A stretch of 64,000 nt of DNA, taken from an uncultured virus (IMG/VR IMGVR_UViG_3300005470_000001) (Duplodnaviria > Heunggongvirae > Uroviricota > Caudoviricetes). The stretch lies in IMG/VR virus record IMGVR_UViG_3300005470_000001. The stretch is one strand, 5' to 3'. Of this stretch, positions 52,537-61,792 are shown in pieces. Below the pieces are notes generated by a model that ran no database searches, was not told where the DNA came from, and saw only the letters and a program-made list of their open reading frames with translations. The first letter of the stretch is position 1; every line of letters begins with the position of its first letter. The position numbers were made by a program, and so were the translations under genes.

Positions 52537-53642
52537 TCTTTTTTATTTATTGTCTTAAAGTAATTAATATTACCTGCCATTTCAGTACACATATGTTTTG
52601 GACATTCTGTATCTCTACTAAATACTAAATGAATACTTCTATAATTTGGATATTGTGATAAATCAATACCAAAATGATTATCCAAATTATATTTTTCATT
52701 TCTAGGATTAAACAAAGTAATTAAATAATTTGTATCTTCACCTATATTTGAAGTATCCTTAATATCTTCTGCTGTAGGATACAACATTTCTTTATTATAT
52801 TTTATTCTATCTATAGCAGCAATATTTCTATTAATATGAATAACATTAACAAATGTAAATCCAAACAAGTTTCTCATTTCAACTTGATAAGAAGACATTT
52901 TATCAACATTTTCTTTCATACTATATCCACGTTCTCTATTTATTCTTCTAACATGATCTGTTATTATGATTGTATACTTATTAGGATCATTTGGTGTATA
53001 ACCTGATATTCTTTTTTTCGGAATATCTAAATTTCCTTCTCTTATTGTATAATCTTCATATATAAGTTGACCATTTTTTTGAGCATAAGTATAAAGATAA
53101 CTTCTTATACCAGTGGGATTATTATTTTCTTCAACAAAATCTACAACACCTTCTTTTATCTTTATACCTTTCTCATTATATTCACCAAATAAAGGAATTA
53201 ACTTTTCATGATATATTTTGAACAGTTTTTCTTTATGATCAGCAGAAATAGGAATTAAATTATTATTGTCATCCATTAATCTACCAGCTAAATATCTGGG
53301 AGACATTTGGTATATTTTATCATTATATCTAAAATTGAATATTTTATACAATTCATACATATAATAAGCCGCAAATTTAAATTCTTTTTCAACTCTTGGT
53401 ATTTCTAATGAGTAATAAATCCAATGAACATTTGAAGCTCCTTTAAGCATCATTTCTTCATATGGTTTTAATAAAAAACAAAAATCAACAAAGGTAGTTT
53501 TTCCAGTTTTAGCTTCACTAGCAATACAATAATTACTTCTTCTTTGTATACCATCTATTGCTTTATCAAGTCCTGCTAAACCAGTAGTAAGACCAATATT
53601 TTTTCCTGCTTGTCCTTCAAGAAATTTTCTTTCAAAATTCAT
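52533..53642 (-). CDS. DnaB-like replicative helicase
   Basis: TGLAGLDKAIDG, SEAKTGKTT, YSLE, IIITDH and HINR motifs. Confidence 0.8.
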   Translation of the reverse strand: MNFERKFLEGQAGKNIGLTTGLAGLDKAIDGIQRRSNYCIASEAKTGKTTFVDFCFLLKPYEEMMLKGASNVHWIYYSLEIPRVEKEFKFAAYYMYELYKIFNFRYNDKIYQMSPRYLAGRLMDDNNNLIPISADHKEKLFKIYHEKLIPLFGEYNEKGIKIKEGVVDFVEENNNPTGIRSYLYTYAQKNGQLIYEDYTIREGNLDIPKKRISGYTPNDPNKYTIIITDHVRRINRERGYSMKENVDKMSSYQVEMRNLFGFTFVNVIHINRNIAAIDRIKYNKEMLYPTAEDIKDTSNIGEDTNYLITLFNPRNEKYNLDNHFGIDLSQYPNYRSIHLVFSRDTECPKHMCTEMAGNINYFKTINKKE

Positions 53643-54184
53643 TACATCATATCATAAGTTTTCGAAGATTTGGTTTTACTTAATTCAAGATATTCTTTAA
53701 GTCTGGATTGAGGATCAGGACCATTTTTCTTAATAAAATAATCTGCTCTTTGTAAATATCTTACATCATTTATTGTATCAAGATATGCTTTAGTTGCTTT
53801 CATAACATCATCAGCTCTTACTGAAGGGTTTTCTTGAAAGAACTTTATCATTTTCTTTTTTACATTATCAAAAGTACTTGCAGCATCTTTTCTCATTAAT
53901 CTAAATAGATTTTGATACTCATATACCCATTCCCAACCATCATCTTTAATATCATCATTATCAAACAAGGGTATATGCCACTTTATTGAATTTGTTTTCA
54001 TGTCATATTCATAAATACCAGATGCATTTAATTGCTTAACTGCTACTGTTATTATATTACAAGCATCATATAAAGGTTCAAAATCAACATTGTGATATAT
54101 ACCCAGGAGACATAATAGGCCTGTATTCAGACCTATATTTTGTTCTTCCAATGTTTGTATAATTTTTTCATTAATATTAGTCAC
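53642..54184 (-). CDS. Hypothetical replication-region protein
   Basis: 180-aa ORF translationally coupled to the helicases. Confidence 0.6.
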   Translation of the reverse strand: MTNINEKIIQTLEEQNIGLNTGLLCLLGIYHNVDFEPLYDACNIITVAVKQLNASGIYEYDMKTNSIKWHIPLFDNDDIKDDGWEWVYEYQNLFRLMRKDAASTFDNVKKKMIKFFQENPSVRADDVMKATKAYLDTINDVRYLQRADYFIKKNGPDPQSRLKEYLELSKTKSSKTYDMM

Positions 54185-55340
54185 AAATAACGTTTAGATT
54201 TTTGGTTACACTATTTACCCAATCTTCATCTACTGTGTTTTGAGCACATAAGATAAATATTTTACTTAAACAGTCTTTACCTTCCTTCAATCTTAAGGTT
54301 CTACCTATCCTTTGTGTAAGTATTAAATCAGATGCATTTACTTGCATTATAATTGCATTATCTACATCAGATATATTAACACCTTCATTTAAACCATTAA
54401 CACAAGCAAGTGTATTAATTTCACCATCTCTAAATTTTTGTAAATGAAGTCCTTTTTCTTTACTTTTTTTACCAGAGTGATAAGTATGAAAATGCATTGC
54501 TTCAGCTGTAGCTATGCTATTTGCAAAAATCAATGTACGTTCATTTTTCTGATCTATTTTAAGCAAAGTTTCTTTTCCTATGATTATTTTACTATTTAAA
54601 TTAGATAAAAATTTTGCTCTCATTAACCTAAGAAATTTTAATTTTTGTACATCATAATGATTACAATATACAGAATTATCTATTTTTTCTTTGAGAACAT
54701 CAATTGTATTAGTAATATAATCATATTGACCTCTTTCAGTTACATAAAATCTTTTACTACTATTACCAGCGGGTATATCTTTTATTGTGTTATTCAACCA
54801 AACAGGTATAATCTTAATTTCATAAGGAGAAATAAGACCTAATTTGACAGCTTCATCTAATGGAATATTAGCAATAGTATTAAAGTTATAAACTTTTAAT
54901 AAATATTGTTTCATAGGATCTTTAGGAAAAGTTGCTGTCAACCCCAATGCATGTTTGATTATGTTGTTTTCAAAGACAATCGAATTGAATTCTGTAGTTC
55001 GATGAATTTCATCAAATATTACAAGATCAAAAGTCATGTTTTTAATTTTTGTCAATGAAGCATAACATTCAATTCTAATGTTTTTTAACATAGTATTTGT
55101 TATGTTCCATTTTTTTAATTCATTAGGCCAATCAATATCTCGTAATTCAATAGTTGGAATTACAATTAAAATATTAGCTTTTTTTTTAACAAAAAAAGTT
55201 TTTAAATAATCAATAGCAATTTTAGATTTACCTACACCTGTAGCTGCTATTACAAGATTATTTGTACTAGGTGACATTATTAAATTATTAACAATTTCAC
55301 TTTGTATTTCTTTTTTAGTTTTCTTCATTGTCTTCTCCAA
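54177..55340 (-). CDS. Superfamily 2 (DExH) helicase
   Basis: ATGVGKS, DEIH, LTAT, LNEGVNI and QRIGR motifs. Confidence 0.92.
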   Translation of the reverse strand: MEKTMKKTKKEIQSEIVNNLIMSPSTNNLVIAATGVGKSKIAIDYLKTFFVKKKANILIVIPTIELRDIDWPNELKKWNITNTMLKNIRIECYASLTKIKNMTFDLVIFDEIHRTTEFNSIVFENNIIKHALGLTATFPKDPMKQYLLKVYNFNTIANIPLDEAVKLGLISPYEIKIIPVWLNNTIKDIPAGNSSKRFYVTERGQYDYITNTIDVLKEKIDNSVYCNHYDVQKLKFLRLMRAKFLSNLNSKIIIGKETLLKIDQKNERTLIFANSIATAEAMHFHTYHSGKKSKEKGLHLQKFRDGEINTLACVNGLNEGVNISDVDNAIIMQVNASDLILTQRIGRTLRLKEGKDCLSKIFILCAQNTVDEDWVNSVTKNLNVICD

Positions 55341-57204
55341 TTAACAGTTTATTAGCTTTATCTATGTAAAAATCATAATTTATATTTTTAAATAATTCAC
55401 TTTTAATTTCATCATTTAAATAATTACAAGGAGTACATAAATAATCCTTCTGTATATTGAATTGACGTTTATTCATTATTTTTAACAAAGTATATCCAGT
55501 ATTAGTAACTAAATATCTTGTTAATCTTGGTAATTGAATAATATCATCACCATTAATACCAATTAAACTTGAATCTTTATTAAGTTTTGTTCTTAAAAAG
55601 AAATCAAATATATCATTGTGATTTTTAATAAAATCTTCAATTGGAATATTATAAAGATAATATGCTTCTACAGCTTTTGGAACTATTAATCTAGAATGAT
55701 CTTTGTATAATTCTCTTTCTATTGTATAAGGACCTTTTTGTTTAACTTTACCATCTTCATATATTGCTATATATGAATTACAATTAGAAATTAATATTTT
55801 ACTATACGTATTATATTCTAATTGAAGTTTTGTTAATTTTTCCCATGATTTACAAATATCATAAAACTTATTAATTTCATTTGATGGTATAATAATTTCT
55901 CCACCATCAGTATTTATCATTAATAATTTACTATTTGATATATCCATTAATTGTTCACATAACATACTAAGAAGTAATTGACCATTCAAAGTAATGGACA
56001 TTGTAAATTGAGGATCATACAATGAAGAATGTATAGAATTAGATTTACCGTATGCACCATTTAATGCTAATTTGTATAATTCATTTCTACTATCACTTTT
56101 AGGATATTTTAATCTTTCATTATATATATCTTCATAAATTTTACAAAAAGTATTACCTAAATGTAAAGGAAATAAGTTGTTTCTAATACTAATATTTGGA
56201 TACAAAGATTTAACATCAAAAGTCATTATTTTGTAATTTTCATTACTATAATAAATACCTTTTTCAGCACCATGTATCCCACCAGTCCCAAATGTAAATT
56301 CAAAACCTTTATGTACTACATTTAATTTCTTAAGATTTGTCTTTTTAAAAATCTTAATATTAATATTAGGTTTTAATTCTTCTATTTCTTCTAATGGTAT
56401 TTCAGTAAAAACACTTTTTGTTTCTTTTATAATTTTTTTGTTAAACCAAGTAAGTATATTTTTAAATGGTTCATGTTCAAATGCTATATAAGGAAAAATA
56501 ATATCTTTTAATATGATTTCTTTCCTATATGTTTGACCTAAATCTTCTTTATTTAAATGTTCTTTAATTCTTTTGATTAAAATATATTCACCTAATTTAG
56601 GATTATTATAGTTTAAAAGATTTGTTTTATACAAATAACTAGATTTAAATCTATCATCAATTAATGTTTTAGTTCTTAAAAACAATTCATATGTAGCATT
56701 GATATCATTAACACAATATTCTTTAACTACATCTATTTCATTTAATTCTAATACTTTATCATGTGCATAAGGTAATTCTTGAACATTATTCATTCTCATA
56801 GAAAATTCAAGACCTTTTAACGAAATCATTTTAGCTTTATTATCATAATGATTTATTTTTAATAAATCTAACTGTATGATTTTATTATTTGCATGAACAA
56901 ATGATGAATTAATTAAAGTATTAGCTTTGTTTTTAAGATTATTAGTAAGAATATCTGTATACATTAATGGATATTTTTTCATTAAATCTTCAAAATGATT
57001 TAACAAAGGCCAGTCAAATTTAAGAGTATTGAAACCAATCATTATCTTTTTTTTATCGTTTAAAAAAGCTAATAATTCTTTTCTTTCATCTTTAACTGGA
57101 CTTATTTCAAAAGCAAATATTTTACTTTCTTTTTCAGTAATATCTTTACATAATAGGTAGAAAAAGTTAGTAAATATTTCAATATCATATATTATTTTTT
57201 TCAT
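55315..57204 (-). CDS. Family B DNA polymerase
   Basis: Exonuclease YDIE, FD, YCVND; polymerase DVKSLYP, KLALNGAYG and NTDG. Confidence 0.92.
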   Translation of the reverse strand: MKKIIYDIEIFTNFFYLLCKDITEKESKIFAFEISPVKDERKELLAFLNDKKKIMIGFNTLKFDWPLLNHFEDLMKKYPLMYTDILTNNLKNKANTLINSSFVHANNKIIQLDLLKINHYDNKAKMISLKGLEFSMRMNNVQELPYAHDKVLELNEIDVVKEYCVNDINATYELFLRTKTLIDDRFKSSYLYKTNLLNYNNPKLGEYILIKRIKEHLNKEDLGQTYRKEIILKDIIFPYIAFEHEPFKNILTWFNKKIIKETKSVFTEIPLEEIEELKPNINIKIFKKTNLKKLNVVHKGFEFTFGTGGIHGAEKGIYYSNENYKIMTFDVKSLYPNISIRNNLFPLHLGNTFCKIYEDIYNERLKYPKSDSRNELYKLALNGAYGKSNSIHSSLYDPQFTMSITLNGQLLLSMLCEQLMDISNSKLLMINTDGGEIIIPSNEINKFYDICKSWEKLTKLQLEYNTYSKILISNCNSYIAIYEDGKVKQKGPYTIERELYKDHSRLIVPKAVEAYYLYNIPIEDFIKNHNDIFDFFLRTKLNKDSSLIGINGDDIIQLPRLTRYLVTNTGYTLLKIMNKRQFNIQKDYLCTPCNYLNDEIKSELFKNINYDFYIDKANKLLIGEDNEEN

Positions 57205-57230
57205 TTGGTTTAACTTCCAAATTGTTAAAA

Positions 57231-57575
57231 TTAAGATTCAGTATTTATTATATCAATTTTAACTTTAGTAATACCATCAATACCAATTAATTTAGCTGCT
57301 TTTTTAGATAAATCTATAATTCTACCTTTTACAAATGGACCTCTGTCATTAATTCTAACTTTAATTGACAAATTATTTGAAAGATTTGTAACAGTTACTA
57401 TTGTATTAAATGGTAAAGATTTATGTGCAGCAGTTAAAGCATGCATGTTAAATTTTTCACCATTTGCTGTTTTTCTTCCATGAAATTGTTTTCCATAATA
57501 AGATGCGATACCAATTTCTGCACTTGCACTCAAAGGTATTAATAGAATTAAAAAAGATATAATTGTTTTTTTCAT
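57231..57575 (-). CDS. rlpA: RlpA-like lytic transglycosylase (DPBB) with signal peptide
   Basis: [34 protein letters not shown]. Confidence 0.92.
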   Translation of the reverse strand: MKKTIISFLILLIPLSASAEIGIASYYGKQFHGRKTANGEKFNMHALTAAHKSLPFNTIVTVTNLSNNLSIKVRINDRGPFVKGRIIDLSKKAAKLIGIDGITKVKIDIINTES

Positions 57576-57684
57576 AAATAGTTATTTAGTTATAAATACT
57601 CAATAATTGATTTAATTATTGTTTTATTTGTAAATGTAGGGAAGGAGGGAATCGAACCCTCACGGATTTCTCCAGTGGATTTTA

Positions 57685-58474
57685 CTTACCACTATAGCAG
57701 TTAGCTACCAGACTTTCTTGTCTATTTACAATCTATTCGTCTGTTTGTGGTCTGGACTATATCTTTACCATATCATTTCTGATTTAGGTATGCAGTACAT
57801 AGTCTCTGAACCTTCCTCATGCAAAAATATAAACGACATTTTTGTTTAGAGGCTCGGATGCTGATTGACCAATATCAGTTATTTTTATAACATTTGAGTT
57901 CGTCATTTCTAACCACTCTTTAGTTAACTGATCTCTAAGGCTATCCCAGCAATTCTCTGCATTACTACTATACAGTTTCCTATATAGCGACCATTGTTGT
58001 TGAAGAAAACGATGTAAAGCATTGTGTTTGTTTACTGACATTATCATAAAGTTAGATAATATATTGTGTTCAGGATTTTCATCAATATGATGAATAAAGA
58101 TATCTTTTGATAACAAGAATCCTAAATCAATAATTGCTTGTCTACCTAAAGTATTACCTTTAGTACTCCTACTTACTTTATTATAATTTTCAGTATTCTT
58201 TTTTCTACATTTTAAATGAGTTAATTGGTTTGGTCTATTCATAATCATTGATTCACCACATAATGAACAAACTCCTATACCATAACGTTTTTTAGTATTC
58301 TTGTTATAGTATTTTTTAACTCGTTCTCTATTATAGATTTTAGCACACTCTTTACATCTTTTTCTTTCAACTACTTCTTCTTTGCCACAATCAATACACA
58401 TTTTCATATTTAGATAAGTTTAAGTTAAAAACTAAATATACAAAAATGGTAGACAATAACAAAAGAAAAGTTTT
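57685..58474 (-). mobile_element. Group I intron in the tRNA-Leu anticodon loop (790 nt)
   Basis: AAUUGCUGGGA, AAUCAGCA, GUUCAGAGACUA and AAGAUAUAGUCC core elements; preceded by U, ends in G. Confidence 0.9.
57817..58407 (-). CDS. Intron-encoded HNH homing endonuclease
   Basis: CxxC pairs; IHHIDENPEHN..N..HNALH; 3' part runs through the ribozyme core. Confidence 0.85.
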   Translation of the reverse strand: MKMCIDCGKEEVVERKRCKECAKIYNRERVKKYYNKNTKKRYGIGVCSLCGESMIMNRPNQLTHLKCRKKNTENYNKVSRSTKGNTLGRQAIIDLGFLLSKDIFIHHIDENPEHNILSNFMIMSVNKHNALHRFLQQQWSLYRKLYSSNAENCWDSLRDQLTKEWLEMTNSNVIKITDIGQSASEPLNKNVVYIFA

Positions 58475-58519
58475 AGTCCACAGCGTCTACCAGTTCCGCC
58501 ACAACCCCATTAATATTTG

Positions 58520-58647
58520 TTCTTCAGGGTGGATTCGAACCACCAAGACTCAGTTTATCTCAACTGCCACATTGTCTAATTGTCTCATCTAAGTCTTTTA
58601 TGTGGTAAATGAATAAGACAATGCTCTACCATTTGAGCTACTGAAGA
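58520..58647 (-). ncRNA. tRNA-like RNA with 78-nt insert replacing the anticodon/variable region
   Basis: Perfect acceptor UCUUCAG/CUGAAGA, D arm GCUC/GAGC, T arm GGUGG-UUCGAAU-CCACC. Confidence 0.75.
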
Positions 58648-58686
58648 ACCAAATTATATATAAGACCACCATATATATATAATAAG

Positions 58687-58760
58687 TAGGCCCTGTAGGA
58701 TTTGAACCTACGACCCAGCGATTATGAGTCGCTTGCTCTAACCAACTGAGCTAAGGGCCT
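58687..58760 (-). tRNA. tRNA with CAU anticodon, probably Ile2 (lysidine type)
   Basis: Cloverleaf; AGCGA-CUCAUAA-UCGCU; body resembles bacterial tRNA-Ile2. Confidence 0.88.
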
Positions 58761-59060
58761 TTATCTAAAGGTATCTCTACTCAAGAGAGATTTATTACAA
58801 ACACCGCGTGTTAAACTTTAGTTACAAAATTTTGTTTCTAATCTATATTTAAAGTGAGAGTAACAATGACCATAATTAACATGTTTTTTTATTTTAAATA
58901 CATTGTAAATATCTTTAAATAATACAGTAATGTTTTTCATTGTAATATACCTTGTTTATAGAATTAAAATTTTCAAAGAACAATTAAGTGGTATCCCTGG
59001 TCCCTGAGCCAGTGATGGTAATATTTCAACCCCAGTTGTTTTAACACCAGATACCACAAG

Positions 59061-59134
59061 AGCTTCCTGAGGGACTCGAACCCCCAACATCCTCATTACA
59101 AGTGAGGTGCTCTACCAATTAAAGCTAAGGAAGC
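59061..59134 (-). tRNA. tRNA-Thr(UGU)
   Basis: Cloverleaf; CCUCA-CUUGUAA-UGAGG. Confidence 0.92.
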
Positions 59135-59171
59135 AAAAATGTAGTATATAAAATCATTTACATACTACATT
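59135..59171 (-). terminator. Long AT-rich hairpin plus T run directly upstream of tRNA-Thr (terminator or processing site)
   Basis: AATGTAGTATGTAAA / TTTATATACTACATT inverted repeat. Confidence 0.45.
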
Positions 59172-59241
59172 AATAATAAATAATTTAAACTTATGGCGAA
59201 TATTATTGAAGTATTATCAATTCCAGCTCGAAGTTTTAAAA

Positions 59242-59508
59242 TTATTTCACAACAAAATCTAAATCTTCAACTTTAAAACATTTAAAACGATTACTGTTTT
59301 TTTCAACATGGGTTTGTTCTTCGTCTTCAAAATGTGTATTTTTAAAATCAAAAGGAGTAAAATTTAATGTATGATCTACAAAATACAAATCTAGAAAATA
59401 ATTAGTATCATTTTCAACAAAATCTGTATTATCTCTTTTTATAGCAATTACATATTTATCTTTCAATCTAACTAATGCTGTTGCATTATAAGTGGTTATA
59501 TCTGACAT
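59242..59508 (-). CDS. Hypothetical protein
   Basis: ORF in operon. Confidence 0.55.
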   Translation of the reverse strand: MSDITTYNATALVRLKDKYVIAIKRDNTDFVENDTNYFLDLYFVDHTLNFTPFDFKNTHFEDEEQTHVEKNSNRFKCFKVEDLDFVVK

Positions 59509-59515
59509 TTTATTT

Positions 59516-60025
59516 TTATTTTTTTAAATTATTAATAACAATATCTAATAAAACAGGTGTATAATTGATACATTCTACACTAACATTAAAATGATGTTTT
59601 CCCATATTTAATTCAGGATGAACTTCTGCTGTATTATGCATATGACCATGTATATTATAAAAAGAAGTATTATTTAAATTTTGTATAGGTTCATGAGATA
59701 AAATAACATCATTTATTATAATAGGATATTTATAATACATGTAAAATAAATCAATATAATATTGATCTTTTTCATTATCATGATTACCTTTTATTAATAT
59801 AATTCTACCATTTAATGCATTTATAATTGAAGTAACATGCTCTTTATTAATAGACATAGCTATATCACCTAAATGATATACAATATCATTTTTTTTGACA
59901 ACAGAATTCCAATTATTAATTAATTCTTTTGTCATAATATCTACATTTTCAAAAGGTCTATTACAATATTTAATTATATTATTATGTCCAAAATGTGTAT
60001 CACTTATAATATATGTTTTATTCAT
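59516..60025 (-). CDS. Calcineurin-like metallophosphoesterase
   Basis: SDTHFGH, HLGD, GNHD and IHGHMH motifs. Confidence 0.92.
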   Translation of the reverse strand: MNKTYIISDTHFGHNNIIKYCNRPFENVDIMTKELINNWNSVVKKNDIVYHLGDIAMSINKEHVTSIINALNGRIILIKGNHDNEKDQYYIDLFYMYYKYPIIINDVILSHEPIQNLNNTSFYNIHGHMHNTAEVHPELNMGKHHFNVSVECINYTPVLLDIVINNLKK

Positions 60026-60052
60026 GTATAAAATTGTATTTTAAATTTATAG

Positions 60053-60124
60053 CTGGGGAAGTAGGATTCGAACCTACGAGTGTCAGCTCCAAAGGCCGAT
60101 GCCTTACCACTTGGCTATTCCCCA
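60053..60124 (-). tRNA. tRNA-Gln(UUG)
   Basis: Cloverleaf; UCGGC-CUUUGGA-GCUGA. Confidence 0.9.
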
Positions 60125-60137
60125 AGTTGTATATACT

Positions 60138-60314
60138 TTAATCCCCATCTCCAGCTATTGAATCTAAATGACAAGTACAGTATTTTATAGTACTCATTTT
60201 ATACTCAATATACTTCAAAATATCTTTTCTGAGTTCATCAATAGTTTCATTGTGACTTTGTTCACAAGGACAATTAAACCATTTTGCTTTATTAAAAATT
60301 TCTTCTAAATTCAT
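60138..60314 (-). CDS. Small hypothetical protein (58 aa, not in ORF track)
   Basis: ATG..TAA ORF MNLEEIFNKAKWFNCPC.. filling the gap, preceded by AAGGAG. Confidence 0.5.
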   Translation of the reverse strand: MNLEEIFNKAKWFNCPCEQSHNETIDELRKDILKYIEYKMSTIKYCTCHLDSIAGDGD

Positions 60315-60936
60315 TTTTTCTCCTTGTTTTTATAGGAACATATTTTCTTTGAAATACACCAAAACATACATTAAAAGAACCATCATCACATTTTTCAACA
60401 TATGCTTTAGGTGAACGTTCATTTTTTATAGCATATTGAAATGCTTGATATTCAAGATCAACAATTCTTTTTTCCAAAGCCATGATAAGTAAATCTTTAC
60501 CATTACTTGCATCCTTACAGCATTCAAGTTGTAGTTCTATATCTGCAATCCTATCATACAACTTTTTATTCGCCTCATAATCTTCAACTTCTTCACGCCA
60601 TGTTGATGGTTTATCGGATACCACTTTGTCTATAGGCTCTTTGAGTGGTTTCAAGTTTCGCACAGGACGAACCCTGAAGTTGAAGTCCTTGTTGTAGCTG
60701 CTCTGGTTGCCATTGGAGAAGTACTGGTTCCACGCGTTGTCAGCATCGTACTCCGACGAACTCCAGTAGTAGTAGGCTCCAAAACCACCAATATTTTCTT
60801 GCTCAAGGTACATCTGATTTAGCTCATCTTTTGTCGGCAACCGCCAACCATCACCAAGTGCTTCGACAACTTTAATAGCTTTGTCCCACGAGTAAGAGCC
60901 ATCGAGGTCTTTGTGGTAGATCTCAATATTTAACAT
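60292..60936 (-). CDS. DUF1566/Lcl-like (C-type lectin fold) domain plus coiled coil
   Basis: GWRLPTKDEL..YWSSSE..AW..F..G..VRPVR. Confidence 0.8.
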   Translation of the reverse strand: MLNIEIYHKDLDGSYSWDKAIKVVEALGDGWRLPTKDELNQMYLEQENIGGFGAYYYWSSSEYDADNAWNQYFSNGNQSSYNKDFNFRVRPVRNLKPLKEPIDKVVSDKPSTWREEVEDYEANKKLYDRIADIELQLECCKDASNGKDLLIMALEKRIVDLEYQAFQYAIKNERSPKAYVEKCDDGSFNVCFGVFQRKYVPIKTRRKNEFRRNF

Positions 60937-61085
60937 TCTTCCTCCTCTTTATAATATGCAGGTATGTGATTTTCATAAACAATAGCCGAACCACTTTCCA
61001 AATATCCACTGATTTCGTAATGTTTTGTTCCGCTTGAGAACATTATCTTCAGTGTGTTCCAGATCTTTTTCATTTTTTTCTTTCT

Positions 61086-61325
61086 TTATTTTTTGATTTC
61101 AAGATCACTAATTGTGTCACCATACACTGTGATGGTGTGAGTATGTATATGTCCATATTGATCTTTACAACGCACCTTGATGTGACGTGAATGTACGATA
61201 CTGTTAAATCCTTCTAGATCACGTACTTCATCAACGGTGATTTCGGTGACATTATGAATGTCCATTGATGATACTGTCATTATTGTCTTTATTAATTTAG
61301 TTATCTCCGTTTTCATATGCGCCAA
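61086..61325 (-). CDS. Hypothetical protein
   Basis: ORF in operon. Confidence 0.5.
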   Translation of the reverse strand: MAHMKTEITKLIKTIMTVSSMDIHNVTEITVDEVRDLEGFNSIVHSRHIKVRCKDQYGHIHTHTITVYGDTISDLEIKK

Positions 61326-61491
61326 CTAACCAAGGTAGTCCTGCAAATATAAGCATTACAAGACCACCAAGCAATGCACCTTCTAATGTTGAACTTTTGT
61401 CAAAACCAAGTGCTAATCCACCAAGTACACATAAGATAAGTACTCCAGTTCCTGGATGATCTTTAGCTCCTCTAATGATTCGCTTAATCAT
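61297..61491 (-). CDS. Small two-TM membrane protein
   Basis: Two hydrophobic segments; AGGAGG upstream. Confidence 0.6.
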   Translation of the reverse strand: MIKRIIRGAKDHPGTGVLILCVLGGLALGFDKSSTLEGALLGGLVMLIFAGLPWLVGAYENGDN

Positions 61492-61510
61492 ATATTGTCC
61501 TCCTAATATA

Positions 61511-61741
61511 TTAAAAACAAAGTGCTACCGCAGCTGCATAATAATGTGTATCGAAACCGTTCCGGCACAGGTACTCATCCATCAGTGTTGCGAGCGCCTT
61601 TTCAAGTTCTGCAATGCGCAGGTCTTTGCTCGCTATCCTGTCGTGCAGTTCATCAATGACAACCCTCCGCAGTGTGTGCGGACAATTGACCTCAAGTGCT
61701 GCTGCGTATGCCTGCTCAAGTTCTGCAATACGCTTCTTCAC
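61511..61741 (-). CDS. Coiled-coil protein (RIAELE repeats); start uncertain
   Basis: Reading frame is open upstream to a TAG at 61793-61795. Confidence 0.5.
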   Translation of the reverse strand: MKKRIAELEQAYAAALEVNCPHTLRRVVIDELHDRIASKDLRIAELEKALATLMDEYLCRNGFDTHYYAAAVALCF

Positions 61742-61792
61742 TGCTTCTTCAATGCGCGAGATGCTGTCGTTGTGTAGTCGGGTGAACTCTGT

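Larger units (their letters stand above)
57637..58508 (-). tRNA. tRNA-Leu(UAA), split by a group I intron (exons 58508-58475 and 57684-57637)
   Basis: Spliced anticodon arm GUGGA-CU|UAAAA-UCCAC; D arm, long variable arm and GAGGG-UUCGAUU-CCCUC T arm; acceptor stem has two U-U mismatches. Confidence 0.85.

Noticed and set aside
58520..58647. tmRNA or group I intron-containing tRNA
   Set aside because: Has a D stem, is far too short, and lacks a tag ORF and group I core elements
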